This document shows positions 1-9,734 of a DNA stretch of 64,000 nt, piece after piece. Below the pieces are notes generated by a model. The model ran no database searches and had not been told where the DNA came from. It saw only the letters and a list, made by a program, of their open reading frames with translations. The stretch spans positions 239,563-303,562 of the forward strand of contig CAWFQL010000011.1 of assembly GCA_963817915.1 (NCBI GenBank), in the 5' to 3' direction. The stretch's first letter is position 1. Each line of letters begins with the position of its first letter. A program made the translations under genes and the position numbers. The DNA is from an uncultured candidate division Zixibacteria bacterium (GTDB lineage Bacteria; Zixibacteria; MSB-5A5; UBA10806).

Positions 1-1
1 G

Positions 2-208
2 AAAGCCATTAAAACTATCAAAACTATGTGCCCCAATTTCCCGATTATCGCCATGAGCGGAAAAACCCTCGATTTTCGTCCCTCAGAAATAGAAAAGGAA
101 CTCGGTTGTGAACGATTTTTACAAAAGCCATTTAAGATATCATCGCTAATACTTGAAATAACATCGCTATTTGATTCGGACGATAAACCGTCCGAAATGC
201 AATTTTAA
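2..208 (+). CDS. Response regulator receiver protein, 3' part (starts before window)
   Basis: Open frame from base 2; PIIAMSG and FLQKPF match the beta4 and beta5 motifs of CheY-like receivers. Confidence 0.75.
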   Translation, partial: KAIKTIKTMCPNFPIIAMSGKTLDFRPSEIEKELGCERFLQKPFKISSLILEITSLFDSDDKPSEMQF

Positions 209-221
209 TAGCGTCTAAACA

Positions 222-1073
222 ATGGAGGGTTGGGTGACCCGGAATTCTAATAGAACCGGTCCAGTCTCACTGGAACAAGAATTAAAAGTACTTTATGAAA
301 TCTCCGAGATGGTGCAGCAATCGGCTATCGAACCTAATTCATTCGAGGAAATCCTCAAAAAACTTGGGAAGGTGGTCGATTATCGATCTGCTTCTCTTTT
401 TACCATCTCCAAAAATGATTCGAAACTTGAGGAAATTTCGACAATCGGAAGACGAGTTGATCTGATCGATTTTGTTAAATTTGATCTGGGAACCGGCATC
501 TCCGCATGGGTGGCGAAACAACAGCGGCCCATAATGCTGAATAATCTCAGGAAAACCAAGGGTGGCACGCATACCAGATCATTTCTCTCCGCCCCTATCG
601 TTTTCGTCAACGAGACGGTGGGAATTTTAAACCTCGCTCACGATGAGCCCGAAGCCTTCACGAATAGGGACGTTGAAATAGTCGGAGTGCTTACTTCGAC
701 ATTGGCTTTGCTAATAGAGCGAATCGACTATCAAAAAGAGCTTGCTCTCAAGACCGAAGAATTACTGGCCAAAACAACCGAATTGGAAATGGCCAAAAAG
801 AAATTGCTTTCGGTCCAGCAGGTACAAAACACCAATGAATTGGTTGTGACATTAAATCAGAAAATCAATAACCCTCTGGCGATAATTGCCGGCAACGCCC
901 AATTTCTCTTGATGACGATGAAAAATTCCAGCGGCTCCGTTTTAAAACGGCTAAAAGCGATCGATAAAGAAGCGGCTAATATCCTCACGATTACGGAGCA
1001 ACTCCGCGATTTTCATGCGGGCCACCAAATAGGCAAAACCAATTTGGAGTATTCTGAAATCAAGAGACTCTAA
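222..1073 (+). CDS. GAF domain + coiled coil + degenerate HisKA-like domain, no ATPase domain
   Basis: GAF motifs (GTGISAWVAKQQRP, SFLSAPI, GILNLAH..EAFT); NQKINNPLAIIAGNAQFL resembles an H-box with Q in place of H; ORF ends about 60 aa later. Confidence 0.75.
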   Translation: MEGWVTRNSNRTGPVSLEQELKVLYEISEMVQQSAIEPNSFEEILKKLGKVVDYRSASLFTISKNDSKLEEISTIGRRVDLIDFVKFDLGTGISAWVAKQQRPIMLNNLRKTKGGTHTRSFLSAPIVFVNETVGILNLAHDEPEAFTNRDVEIVGVLTSTLALLIERIDYQKELALKTEELLAKTTELEMAKKKLLSVQQVQNTNELVVTLNQKINNPLAIIAGNAQFLLMTMKNSSGSVLKRLKAIDKEAANILTITEQLRDFHAGHQIGKTNLEYSEIKRL

Positions 1074-1094
1074 ATTATTTGACATGTAATTCAT

Positions 1095-2826
1095 ATGAGA
1101 TTGGCAACCGAACAGATTCAAGTGCCGGATATTGACGGCAATTTAGCCTTATTTTTTAAGCTAAATGATCAATATAAAATACAGGGGCTTCACGGCCATG
1201 AAATCCGTTTCGCTGGCAAGATTGCCGATGGTGAAAATACCAATGTCCCCGATATCCTGCCGATGCATTCTCAGGATGTAATCGAAGCCCTGAAGCAGGC
1301 ATTCGCGGGAAAATCATCAAAAGTACGGTATAGCCTCAAAGCGCAGAATGAAATATATCATTGCGAGCTCCATTGTTTTCCCGATTTCGGTACCGACAAC
1401 AAAGTGATAAATTGCTTTCTTACCGATAGAACAATCGAAGAAAATAATTCAGCCGGCCTGCAGAGGAAAATATATGAACTCGATATGATTAATCAGGCCG
1501 TGCGGGCGTTTGCCGAGACAAGGAATCTTTCCGATATCTTGCGAATAATCCTGCTTGGAGTAACTGCCGGTTCGGGGCTTGGCTTCAATCGCGGATTCAT
1601 ACTTCTTTCAAATGAAAACGGATCCAATCTAAGGGGATGCCTGGCAACCGGTCCGTCAACTCCGGAAGAGGCTGGAATTATCTGGCAAAATCTTTCAAAA
1701 AATCCGCTGACGCTCGAAGAAGTGCTTCGTCTTGTACAAAGCCGGAGGCGACGATATCGAAGATATCCAGGTCAACAGGCTGGTAGCTTCGCTAAGGATT
1801 TCGCTTGAGGACGACGCGAATTTTATAGTCAACGCTGTCAAAGAGAAAAAATCAATTGTCGCGGGACCTGAAGTAATGCTCGGTGTTGCCAACGACGAAA
1901 TACGAAAGAAATTCGGCGTGGAATATATGGCGGTCGTGCCGTTAATCTCGAGAGAGACTCTCCAGGGCGTGATTTTGGCTGATAATCTTATTACGAAAAA
2001 GCCTATAACCTCGAATGATATCAAAATATTGGAAATTTTCGCGAGGTATGCATCGGATGCCATCGAGAATTCGCGCCTTTACGGCAGACTCGAACAGCAG
2101 ATTTCACGCCTAAAGGAAGCCAATGAAAAAATAATTCAATCAAGAGAGAATCTGATTAAAGCTGAAAAATTGTCGAGTGTTGCCAAAATGGCTCTTGATG
2201 TAGCCCATGAAATCAGAAATCCCCTGACCGTGATTGGCGGATTCGCGAACAATCATCTAAGGAAAATCGGGCCTGAAGATGCTTCCAGAAAAATCTGCGA
2301 AATTATCTCCAAGCAAGCCACCAGAATCGAAAATGCGCTCGATCGATTTTCCAGCGTTGTCCAACTCAGCGAAAAGAAGGAGGGACGATTCAACCTGGCT
2401 AATCTGCTTAAAGAAATAATCGCAATGGTCTCACCCGGAGAAAATCAGGAAATTCCGAAGCTTATTATAAATTCCGACGCTGAGCCGATCGATATTTTTA
2501 TCGACCAGGGATTATTCAATCAGGCGTTGATGGTAATCCTAAGAAACGCCGCCGAAATCGCCGGGGGTATCGGCAAAATCAGGATTCGCCTTGAAAGAGC
2601 CGAGAAATCAGGGCTGATATTTATCGAAAGCGCTGATTATCATACAAAATTTGCCGAAGAGTTCTATAGGGTTGTTCGAATTGGCAGGGGAGAGATGAAA
2701 TATCAGGAGATGGCCGTATCTCTGGAGATTCTCCAGTATTACGGCGGCGGGATTGGGATGCTTTCCAATGATCAAGAGCGAGCCCGCGTCTATGTCGATA
2801 TACCGCTTTATAAGGAGGTAAAATGA
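1095..2826 (+). CDS. GAF sensor histidine kinase-like protein with degenerate catalytic domain (one frameshift near 1730-1735)
   Basis: ORFs 1095..1808 and 1732..2826 join at ...VLR/LYKAGG; GAF motif GLGFNRGFILL; H-box AHEIRNPLTVIGGF; N-box ILRNAAE. Confidence 0.75.
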
Positions 2827-3179
2827 AAAGTATTCTCATTGTCGATGACGAAGAAGATATTCGTTCTCTGTATGAAAACGAATTGTGCGGTGAAGGCTAT
2901 ACCACTATTTCGGCCTGTTCCGGCGAGGAAGCACTGCAGGTAATTGATAAGACGCCTAATGTTGATCTTGTGATTCTCGATATTAAAATGGCACAGCTCG
3001 ATGGACTTCAAGTGCTCGAGCAATTGCGCTGTAAATCGGCCAATATCCCGATAATATTGAATTCAGCCTATTCCACTTACAAAAATAACTTCAGCTCATG
3101 GCTGGCCGATGCCTATTTAGTAAAATCATCAGATCTCTCTGAGCTCAAAAACAAGGTAAAGGAGCTTTTGTCATTTTGA
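2823..3179 (+). CDS. Single-domain response regulator
   Basis: ILIVDDE, VILDIKM (phospho-Asp), NSAY, YLVK. Confidence 0.9.
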   Translation: MKSILIVDDEEDIRSLYENELCGEGYTTISACSGEEALQVIDKTPNVDLVILDIKMAQLDGLQVLEQLRCKSANIPIILNSAYSTYKNNFSSWLADAYLVKSSDLSELKNKVKELLSF

Positions 3180-3544
3180 AGATCGGCGAAGAAAAAGAAA
3201 GCAACGCATTACTCAAGCGAATCGAAAGCGTATCGAGCGAGATACAGCTTCTGGCATTGAATATCGCTGTCGCCGCCGCAAAGTTGGCGCATGAACGTGA
3301 ACTGGGATTCGAAGTTAATCAAAAATTATCTCAATTGGTCAATCAGGCGACTCATGCGGTCAGGCAGTTGAATCAGGTGCTTAAGGCTGCCAAGACTGAT
3401 ATTAAAGTCGATGAAGAGGCCGATGGTGCCAACTCGATTATGCTGGAAGATTCCCTGATGGAAAATATTGAAAACGCCATGAATATGATAATCGAAGACT
3501 CGGAAAGAATCACAAAACTGCTATCAGAAATAAAAAAGAAGTAA
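3176..3544 (+). CDS. Small helical protein resembling the methyl-accepting chemotaxis signalling tip
   Basis: IQLLALNIAVAAAK...GFEV resembles the MCP motif TNLLALNAAIEAARAGExGxGFAV; TTG start overlaps the upstream stop. Confidence 0.6.
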   Translation: MKIGEEKESNALLKRIESVSSEIQLLALNIAVAAAKLAHERELGFEVNQKLSQLVNQATHAVRQLNQVLKAAKTDIKVDEEADGANSIMLEDSLMENIENAMNMIIEDSERITKLLSEIKKK

Positions 3545-3549
3545 GAATT

Positions 3550-3957
3550 ATGAATAAGATTACAATTTTGGTCGTCGAGGATGAAAAGGATGTCAGGAAT
3601 ATCCTGACCGAAATTGTTTCTATGCTCGGATATAATTATGATATGGCTTCCGATGGAATCGAGGCCTGGTACAAGATCCAGAATAGCGGCTATGATCTTA
3701 TTATTACGGATTTCGGCTTACCTCATATGGACGGGCTCGAGCTTGTAGGCAAAGTACGAAATTCCGGTATTAAAACACCGGTGATTTTGATGGCAGGCAT
3801 CGATATGAAATGCAAAAAGAAGGACCTGGGCCGGTTTGCCGATTGCGTATATATCGAAAAGCCGTTTACGATTGATGATATTAAGTCAATTATCAATAAA
3901 TTCATAAATAGTGATTGCAACACAAACAAAAACCCGAGGTCTGATTGCCACAAATAA
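3550..3957 (+). CDS. Single-domain response regulator
   Basis: ILVVEDE, IITDFGLPHMDG, IEKPF. Confidence 0.88.
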   Translation: MNKITILVVEDEKDVRNILTEIVSMLGYNYDMASDGIEAWYKIQNSGYDLIITDFGLPHMDGLELVGKVRNSGIKTPVILMAGIDMKCKKKDLGRFADCVYIEKPFTIDDIKSIINKFINSDCNTNKNPRSDCHK

Positions 3958-4026
3958 ATATGCCATCGGAATGGAAGACCCAAATTAATTGCCTGCGCTC
4001 GGGACTGTAAAAAAGAGGCAAATAAC

Positions 4027-4443
4027 ATGAAAGAGTACGTGAAAATTTTAGTCGTAGATGACGAAGCGATAATGAGGAATTTGCTCCTCAAAATTCTTGA
4101 AAAAGAAGGATACCCGGTAACGGTCGTATCATCCGCGCAGGAAGCTCTTGATATTCTCTCTAAGGAGAAATTTGAGCTGTTGCTTTCAGATATAAGGATG
4201 CCGGGAATGGATGGATTCGAGTTATTGAAAAGATCCAAGAGCCAATGGCCAGACATGGCTGTCATAATGATGACCGCATATGGCGATGCCTATACAGTCA
4301 AGGAAGCCCTGATCAATGGCGCCGATGAATATGTCAGCAAGCCATTCAAAAATCACGAAATCTCTTTGATAATTGAACGAGCCTACTGGCGTCTTCAATC
4401 CTCAAGGACATCACCGGAGAGTCAAAAAAAAGAACCTGTTTGA
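4027..4443 (+). CDS. Single-domain response regulator (NtrC-like receiver without AAA+ domain)
   Basis: ILVVDDE, LSDIRMPGMDG, MMTAY, GADEYVSKPF. Confidence 0.9.
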   Translation: MKEYVKILVVDDEAIMRNLLLKILEKEGYPVTVVSSAQEALDILSKEKFELLLSDIRMPGMDGFELLKRSKSQWPDMAVIMMTAYGDAYTVKEALINGADEYVSKPFKNHEISLIIERAYWRLQSSRTSPESQKKEPV

Positions 4444-4470
4444 TTGACTAGTCAAGCAATCATTTCATTG

Positions 4471-4510
4471 ATGGCCAGAATAATCGCCGATTGTTCTGGC
4501 CATTTTATTT
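4471..4510 (+). terminator. Intrinsic terminator after signalling cluster
   Basis: ATGGCCAGAATAATCG / CGATTGTTCTGGCCAT hairpin followed by TTTATTT. Confidence 0.8.
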
Positions 4511-4739
4511 CTATTCATGATTACTTTTCGAAAATACTACCGCACGCAAATAAGAAAAATATTCTTTCATTGAAGAAATAATTTCCGCATTGCTATTCCA
4601 AACCGAAAAGAAGAAATTCCCCGGGGCTTCACGAGCAGCTTTAATAGTGTGTCGCAACGTGTTGATAGATAGGGCGATATCGGACAGGCGGGTTCGGTCG
4701 TAAAATAAAAATTCCGACATTGCTCAGGCAAAACTATCG

Positions 4740-4755
4740 AGGCACGGGAATTGCT
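4740..4755 (+). promoter_or_regulatory. Sigma54 (-24/-12) promoter of flgF operon
   Basis: AGGCACGGGAATTGCT, GG-N10-GC spacing exact, about 40 nt upstream of flgF with GGAGGA SD. Confidence 0.8.
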
Positions 4756-4796
4756 CTATCCCAGTTAAGCTATAGTCATTTGGAGGAGGACAGCCA

Positions 4797-5525
4797 ATGA
4801 TAAAAGGAATCTACAACTCGGCCTCGGGAATGTTACCGAGGATATTAAAACAAGAAATCTACGCCAATAATATGGCCAATGTTAATACGCCCGGTTTTAA
4901 GAAAGACGATGTTTTCCTAAAGACCTTGAGTGATGCGCAAAAGGGCGATATCATCACAGATTTTCCGTGGGAGACTCCGATGGCTGATGAAGTCTATATC
5001 GACTACCAGCAGGGGAGCCTCGAAAAAACCGATGGTGAAAATGACCTCGCAATCGAGGGCAATGGCTTTTTCGCGGTTGAAACTCAAAAGGGAACAAGAT
5101 ACACTCGCGGCGGAGAATTCTCGATATCATCGCAAGGTGTCTTAATCGATGGTCAGGGGAATCCGGTTTTGTCAGATTCCGGCCCGGTATTTATTCTGGG
5201 TGAGAGAATGGATGTCGGCCAGGACGGGACAATCTCAGTCGATGGTTCGGTTATAGGGAAGATCAAAGTTGTCGATTTCGACAAGCCATATAAACTCAAG
5301 AAAACGGACAATGGCTATTTTATACCTTCCGATCCTACGGCGGCAGAGAAGCCATCGCAAGACGCGCAGGTAAGGCAGGGGTATCTGGAAAAATCGAATA
5401 TAAATATAGTCGAAGTCATGGTTGATATGCTTGCCTCATTCAGATCGTATGAGGCCAGTCAAAAAGCGATTCAAACACAAGACGAGACATTGGATAAAGC
5501 CGTTAACGATTTAGGTAGAATATAG
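4797..5525 (+). CDS. flgF: Flagellar basal-body rod protein FlgF
   Basis: [39 protein letters not shown]; precedes flgG. Confidence 0.88.
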   Translation: MIKGIYNSASGMLPRILKQEIYANNMANVNTPGFKKDDVFLKTLSDAQKGDIITDFPWETPMADEVYIDYQQGSLEKTDGENDLAIEGNGFFAVETQKGTRYTRGGEFSISSQGVLIDGQGNPVLSDSGPVFILGERMDVGQDGTISVDGSVIGKIKVVDFDKPYKLKKTDNGYFIPSDPTAAEKPSQDAQVRQGYLEKSNINIVEVMVDMLASFRSYEASQKAIQTQDETLDKAVNDLGRI

Positions 5526-5539
5526 TCAGGGGGATTTAA

Positions 5540-6328
5540 ATGATTAAAGCGATGCGAACAGCGGCCTCGGGAATGGTCGCGCAGCAAATGAATGTCGATA
5601 CTATCGCGAACAACCTCGCGAATGTTAATACTACCGGATATAAGAAGAACAAAGTCGAATTTCAGGATGTCTTATATACGCAGCTTCGCGCGCCGGGAGC
5701 AGCTTCGGCGGCAGGGTCTCAAACACCCTTGGGCCTTGAAGTCGGTTACGGTACAAGGCCAGTCGCGACCCAAAGATTTTTTACCGAGGGCAATTTACAG
5801 CAGACCGGCAACCCGCTCGATGTAGCAATCGAAGGGAACGGTTTTTTCCAGGTGTTGCTTCCGAATGGCACCCTGGCATACACCCGCGATGGTTCATTCA
5901 AGATGTCTGCCGATGGTCAGGTCGTGACATCGGATGGATTTTTCCTTCAGCCGTCAGTCACAATTCCGCCGGATTCCGATGATATTTCAGTCAGCCCCGA
6001 TGGTATGATAAGTGTCAGAGTCGCGGGCGACCCTACTCCTCAAGAGATAGGTCAAATAGAGATGGCCAAGTTTATAAATCCCACAGGCTTAGAAGCCATC
6101 GGACACAACCTCTTTATCGAAAGCCCGGCCTCGGGAAATGCCACACTCGGCACTCCGACCCAGAATGGTTTCGGAAGGGCGAATCAGGGCTATCTTGAAA
6201 TGTCCAATGTCGAAATAGTCGAAGAAATGGTGAATATGATTATCGCTCAAAGAGCATACGAAATTAACTCCAAGGCAATCCAGACATCGGAAGAGATGAC
6301 GCAAATTGCCAACAACTTGAAGAAGTAA
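5540..6328 (+). CDS. flgG: Flagellar distal rod protein FlgG
   Basis: IANNLANVNTTGYKK, EFQDVLY, YTRDGSF, QRAYEINSK; 262 aa. Confidence 0.97.
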   Translation: MIKAMRTAASGMVAQQMNVDTIANNLANVNTTGYKKNKVEFQDVLYTQLRAPGAASAAGSQTPLGLEVGYGTRPVATQRFFTEGNLQQTGNPLDVAIEGNGFFQVLLPNGTLAYTRDGSFKMSADGQVVTSDGFFLQPSVTIPPDSDDISVSPDGMISVRVAGDPTPQEIGQIEMAKFINPTGLEAIGHNLFIESPASGNATLGTPTQNGFGRANQGYLEMSNVEIVEEMVNMIIAQRAYEINSKAIQTSEEMTQIANNLKK

Positions 6329-6329
6329 A

Positions 6330-7004
6330 ATGAGAATATTTTTGCTGCCTTTCATTATTATCGCGCTCAATAACGCTGATATTGAAAAGACAATACTATC
6401 TAATCTGAATCAGCGGTTTCCATTGACCAACGCTCAATACGTCTGCGATTTTTCGCGGCTAAACCTAACCAATATGCCGGTTTCCGATAGCGTGGCGATC
6501 GACGGTTATGGAAAAGATAAGCCTAAGGGGCTGGTCGTGATTCGGCTCTCATTCTTTAGAAATGGTGAAAGGGTTTTTAAAACTGCAGGTACTGTTAATG
6601 TCGGTATCTTAAAGAAAGTCATGTCAGCCGCGATGCCGATTAAAGGCGGAGAAAAATTAACAACCGATAAAATCATTTTCGAGACCAGGGATGTCTCTTC
6701 GTTGAATGACGCCTCCTTGGATTCCCTGCCACAGCTCGATGGCAAAATCGCCGCGAAATTTATTCAATCAGGCGCAACACTTACGGCATCGATGCTGGCC
6801 TCACCGCCACTGGTAAATCCCGGTGATCAGGTGGAGATTCAATTCAGTAATGGCGACATCACGCTCAGAACCCGCGGGATTGTTAAAGATAAGGGTTCAT
6901 CGGGAAGCAGGGTTAGAGTAATGAATGTAGATACCAGAAAAGTAATCAGAGCAACTGTGATAGACAAAGGATTAGTAGCCATAAATAATAAGGAGGGGGA
7001 ATGA
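6330..7004 (+). CDS. flgA: P-ring assembly chaperone FlgA
   Basis: Signal peptide; C-terminal LVNPGDQV...G...RVRVMNVDTRK; lies between flgG and flgH. Confidence 0.88.
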   Translation: MRIFLLPFIIIALNNADIEKTILSNLNQRFPLTNAQYVCDFSRLNLTNMPVSDSVAIDGYGKDKPKGLVVIRLSFFRNGERVFKTAGTVNVGILKKVMSAAMPIKGGEKLTTDKIIFETRDVSSLNDASLDSLPQLDGKIAAKFIQSGATLTASMLASPPLVNPGDQVEIQFSNGDITLRTRGIVKDKGSSGSRVRVMNVDTRKVIRATVIDKGLVAINNKEGE

Positions 7005-7585
7005 AATTGAGAATTTTTCTTTCGATAATGGCATTCCTGCTGATTGTTCCCAAAGTAAATTCCGCGAATTTCGAGGAAGCAAAAAGCAAATCGCTATTTA
7101 CGGATATCAAGGCTTGTAAAGTTGGCGACTTGGTAACCGTGCTGATAGTAGAAGATGCCCGCGCCAGTAATAAGGCTAAGGCGACCACCAAAAAAGACAA
7201 CAAAATCGAAGCCACCGGCGGGCCCGGCGCGGGATTTCTTGATTTTATCCCAATGTGGGGAATCTCCGGCGAAAACAAAAATGAATACAATGGCGAAGGC
7301 GGTCTGGAAAAGGCTGGAAGTGTTCGCGCCAAGATGACTGTCAGTGTGATTGCTGTCAAAGATAATGGTGATCTCGCTATCGAAGGTAACCGCCTCATGA
7401 ATATCAACTCCGACAAGGAGACGCTCTATCTATCAGGGGTTGTACGGCAAAAAGATATCTCAGCCGCAAATACGATATTCTCCTATCAAATCGGCGATGC
7501 TCAAGTGTCATTCAAAGGAAAAGGGCAGACCCATGACGGCGCTCGCCCGGGATTTTTCGCAAGAATTTTAAACTGGATATTCTAA
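7001..7585 (+). CDS. flgH: Flagellar L-ring protein FlgH
   Basis: SLFTDIKA.KVGDLVTVLIVE, NGDLAIEG, LSGVVRQKDI. Confidence 0.92.
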   Translation: MKLRIFLSIMAFLLIVPKVNSANFEEAKSKSLFTDIKACKVGDLVTVLIVEDARASNKAKATTKKDNKIEATGGPGAGFLDFIPMWGISGENKNEYNGEGGLEKAGSVRAKMTVSVIAVKDNGDLAIEGNRLMNINSDKETLYLSGVVRQKDISAANTIFSYQIGDAQVSFKGKGQTHDGARPGFFARILNWIF

Positions 7586-7587
7586 TT

Positions 7588-8703
7588 ATGAGAAAATCAA
7601 CGTTAATAGTTCTGCTAATCGCAATGTGTTCGATCTATCTGATGCCGACCGCAATTCCAAGCGATGTCCGTATCAAGGATATAGTCTCATTTCAGCTTGA
7701 TAATGATATCCAGCTTATTGGATATGGCCTGATTGTCGGACTTGACGGCACCGGCGATTCCAAGAGCACAAGGTTTACTATTCAATCATTGACGAACATG
7801 ATGCAACGGATGGGCATGACAGTTTCGCCGGACGAGGTGAAAGTCAAGAACGTGGCGGCCGTAATGATAACAGCCACGTTATCACCATACGCCAAAATCG
7901 GATCAAAAATAGATATCACGGTGTCATCGATGGGTGATGCTTCGTCGCTTCAAGGGGGAGTTCTGTTAGTTACACCGTTATCCGGTCTCGACGGTCAGGT
8001 TTACGCGACCGCGCAGGGACCGGTATCGATTGGCGGATTTAATGTACAATCAGGCGGGGGAGATAAGATTACGGAAAATTACGCGTTGGTAGGGCGAATC
8101 CCCAATGGCGCGATAATCGAAAAGCAAAAAGAGACAATAGCCAATATGGAATTCCTCAACGCCCGGCTTATCAACCCTGACTTTACTACCAGTCAACGTA
8201 TCGCGGACAAAATCAATAAAACTGCCGGCGAGGGCGCTGCTCGCGCAATCGATGAAGCCAATGTTCAGATTAAATTGCCTGATAAATACAAGGTTTCCGG
8301 AGGAGTAGTTGATTTTATCTCCTCAATAGAAGCAATGGAAATTGTCCCGGATGCCGTCGCGAAGGTCGTAATCAACGAAAAGACCGGCACAATTGTCGCC
8401 GGAGAGAATGTGACATTATCAGCTGTCGCCTTAGCGCATGGCAATCTTAAGATAGAAATCAAAGCCACACCGCAGGTTTCTCAGCCTGAACCGTTCTCTC
8501 AAGGAAAAACAGTGCTGACCCGCGATTCCGAAATATCGGCGTTCGCAGAGCCAGCGCGCATAATAAGTATGAAGGAACGGACAAGTATCGGAGATCTGGC
8601 AACAGCGCTAAATGAAATCGGCGCGACACCAAGAGATATCATCGCGATCTTTCAAGCGTTAAAAGTCGCTGGAGCATTAAGAGCGGAACTGGTGATAATG
8701 TAA
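7588..8703 (+). CDS. flgI: Flagellar P-ring protein FlgI
   Basis: RIKDI, LIGYGLIVGLDGTGD, VINEKTGTIV, LKVAGALRAEL. Confidence 0.97.
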   Translation: MRKSTLIVLLIAMCSIYLMPTAIPSDVRIKDIVSFQLDNDIQLIGYGLIVGLDGTGDSKSTRFTIQSLTNMMQRMGMTVSPDEVKVKNVAAVMITATLSPYAKIGSKIDITVSSMGDASSLQGGVLLVTPLSGLDGQVYATAQGPVSIGGFNVQSGGGDKITENYALVGRIPNGAIIEKQKETIANMEFLNARLINPDFTTSQRIADKINKTAGEGAARAIDEANVQIKLPDKYKVSGGVVDFISSIEAMEIVPDAVAKVVINEKTGTIVAGENVTLSAVALAHGNLKIEIKATPQVSQPEPFSQGKTVLTRDSEISAFAEPARIISMKERTSIGDLATALNEIGATPRDIIAIFQALKVAGALRAELVIM

Positions 8704-9715
8704 TGAAAATCCAAACGAGCCATCTTACGATTCAAAGCAAGAAGACGCCGCCTAAGGCTGTGGCGCCAAAACCCGCAAGTCCGACTAATCCCGAGTTGAT
8801 CAAACTCAAAAAGGCCTGCAAGAATTTCGAATCGATCTTCATTTCATATGTTCTGAAAAATATGAGGAAGGGCACCGAAGAGTCCGGCTTTTCGGCGATG
8901 GATTAGGCTCGAAGCTCTATACTGAAATGTTTGATGAGAAACTGGCCGACCAGATGGCGGAAACCGGCCAACTTAAAATAGGGGATATTCTTTATAAACA
9001 ATATGAATCATTGATTACGGGCCAGAAAAATGCGCCGCAGAATAATGAACTTGACTGCAAGCCTGAAATTGGTGAATCATCGATACCTCTTTCGCGAAAG
9101 ATTCACAATGAAAAATCGCCGATTCCTCTAAAAGTGAATCAGGAAAAAATCGCGAGTCCAGCTGTAGCGACTCCAATAGCACTTAAGGCCGATGTCCCCG
9201 TCTTCGCGAAAAAGGCGGAAGTTAAACCCGATAACACGAAAGTTGCGGCTATCAAGAGCGATATTTCTTCCAAGAAGAATGATGGTCACGAAGATAATAA
9301 AAAATCAAATGGTGTTCTTGCGGGATTTGAGAAAATTATTGAATCAGCCGCCAAAAAATTCGAATTAAGCCCGGAATTGATCAAGGCAGTTATTCATCAT
9401 GAGTCAGGCGGCAACCCTCAAGCGGAATCCAGTCATGGCGCCAAGGGTCTGATGCAATTAATAGATTCGACATCGACCATGATGGGGGTTGTCGATCCCT
9501 TTAATCCTATCGAAAACATCATGGGCGGAGCAAAATATCTTGCGATGCTTATGAAAAAGTTCGGCGGCGATATGGAAAAAGCGCTGGCATCCTATAATGC
9601 CGGACCGGGCGCCGTAGAAAAATATGGTGGTATTCCACCTTACCCCGAGACGCAAAATTATGTCCAAAAGGTCCTGGGGACGTTTAAAAGTGCAACAAAT
9701 GATAATAAAAAGTAA
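8703..9715 (+). CDS. flgJ: FlgJ-like rod-binding protein fused to SLT lytic transglycosylase (frameshift in T-run near 8890)
   Basis: N-part LKKACKNFESIFISYVLKNMR..MFDEKLA (rod-binding); C-part HESGGNP, GAKGLMQL, NIMGGAKYL, ALASYNAG, PYPETQNYV; one added T joins the two ORFs. Confidence 0.8.
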
Positions 9716-9729
9716 TATTTAGCCGATAG
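9703..9729 (+). promoter_or_regulatory. Putative sigma28 promoter for flgN-flgK-csrA
   Basis: TAAT-N15-GCCGATAG. Confidence 0.55.
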
Positions 9730-9734
9730 AAGTA

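Noticed and set aside
3723..4720. Minus-strand ORFs such as 3723..4265 and 4511..4720, and similar ones across the window
   Set aside because: Antisense shadows of well-supported genes or promoter regions, with no motifs
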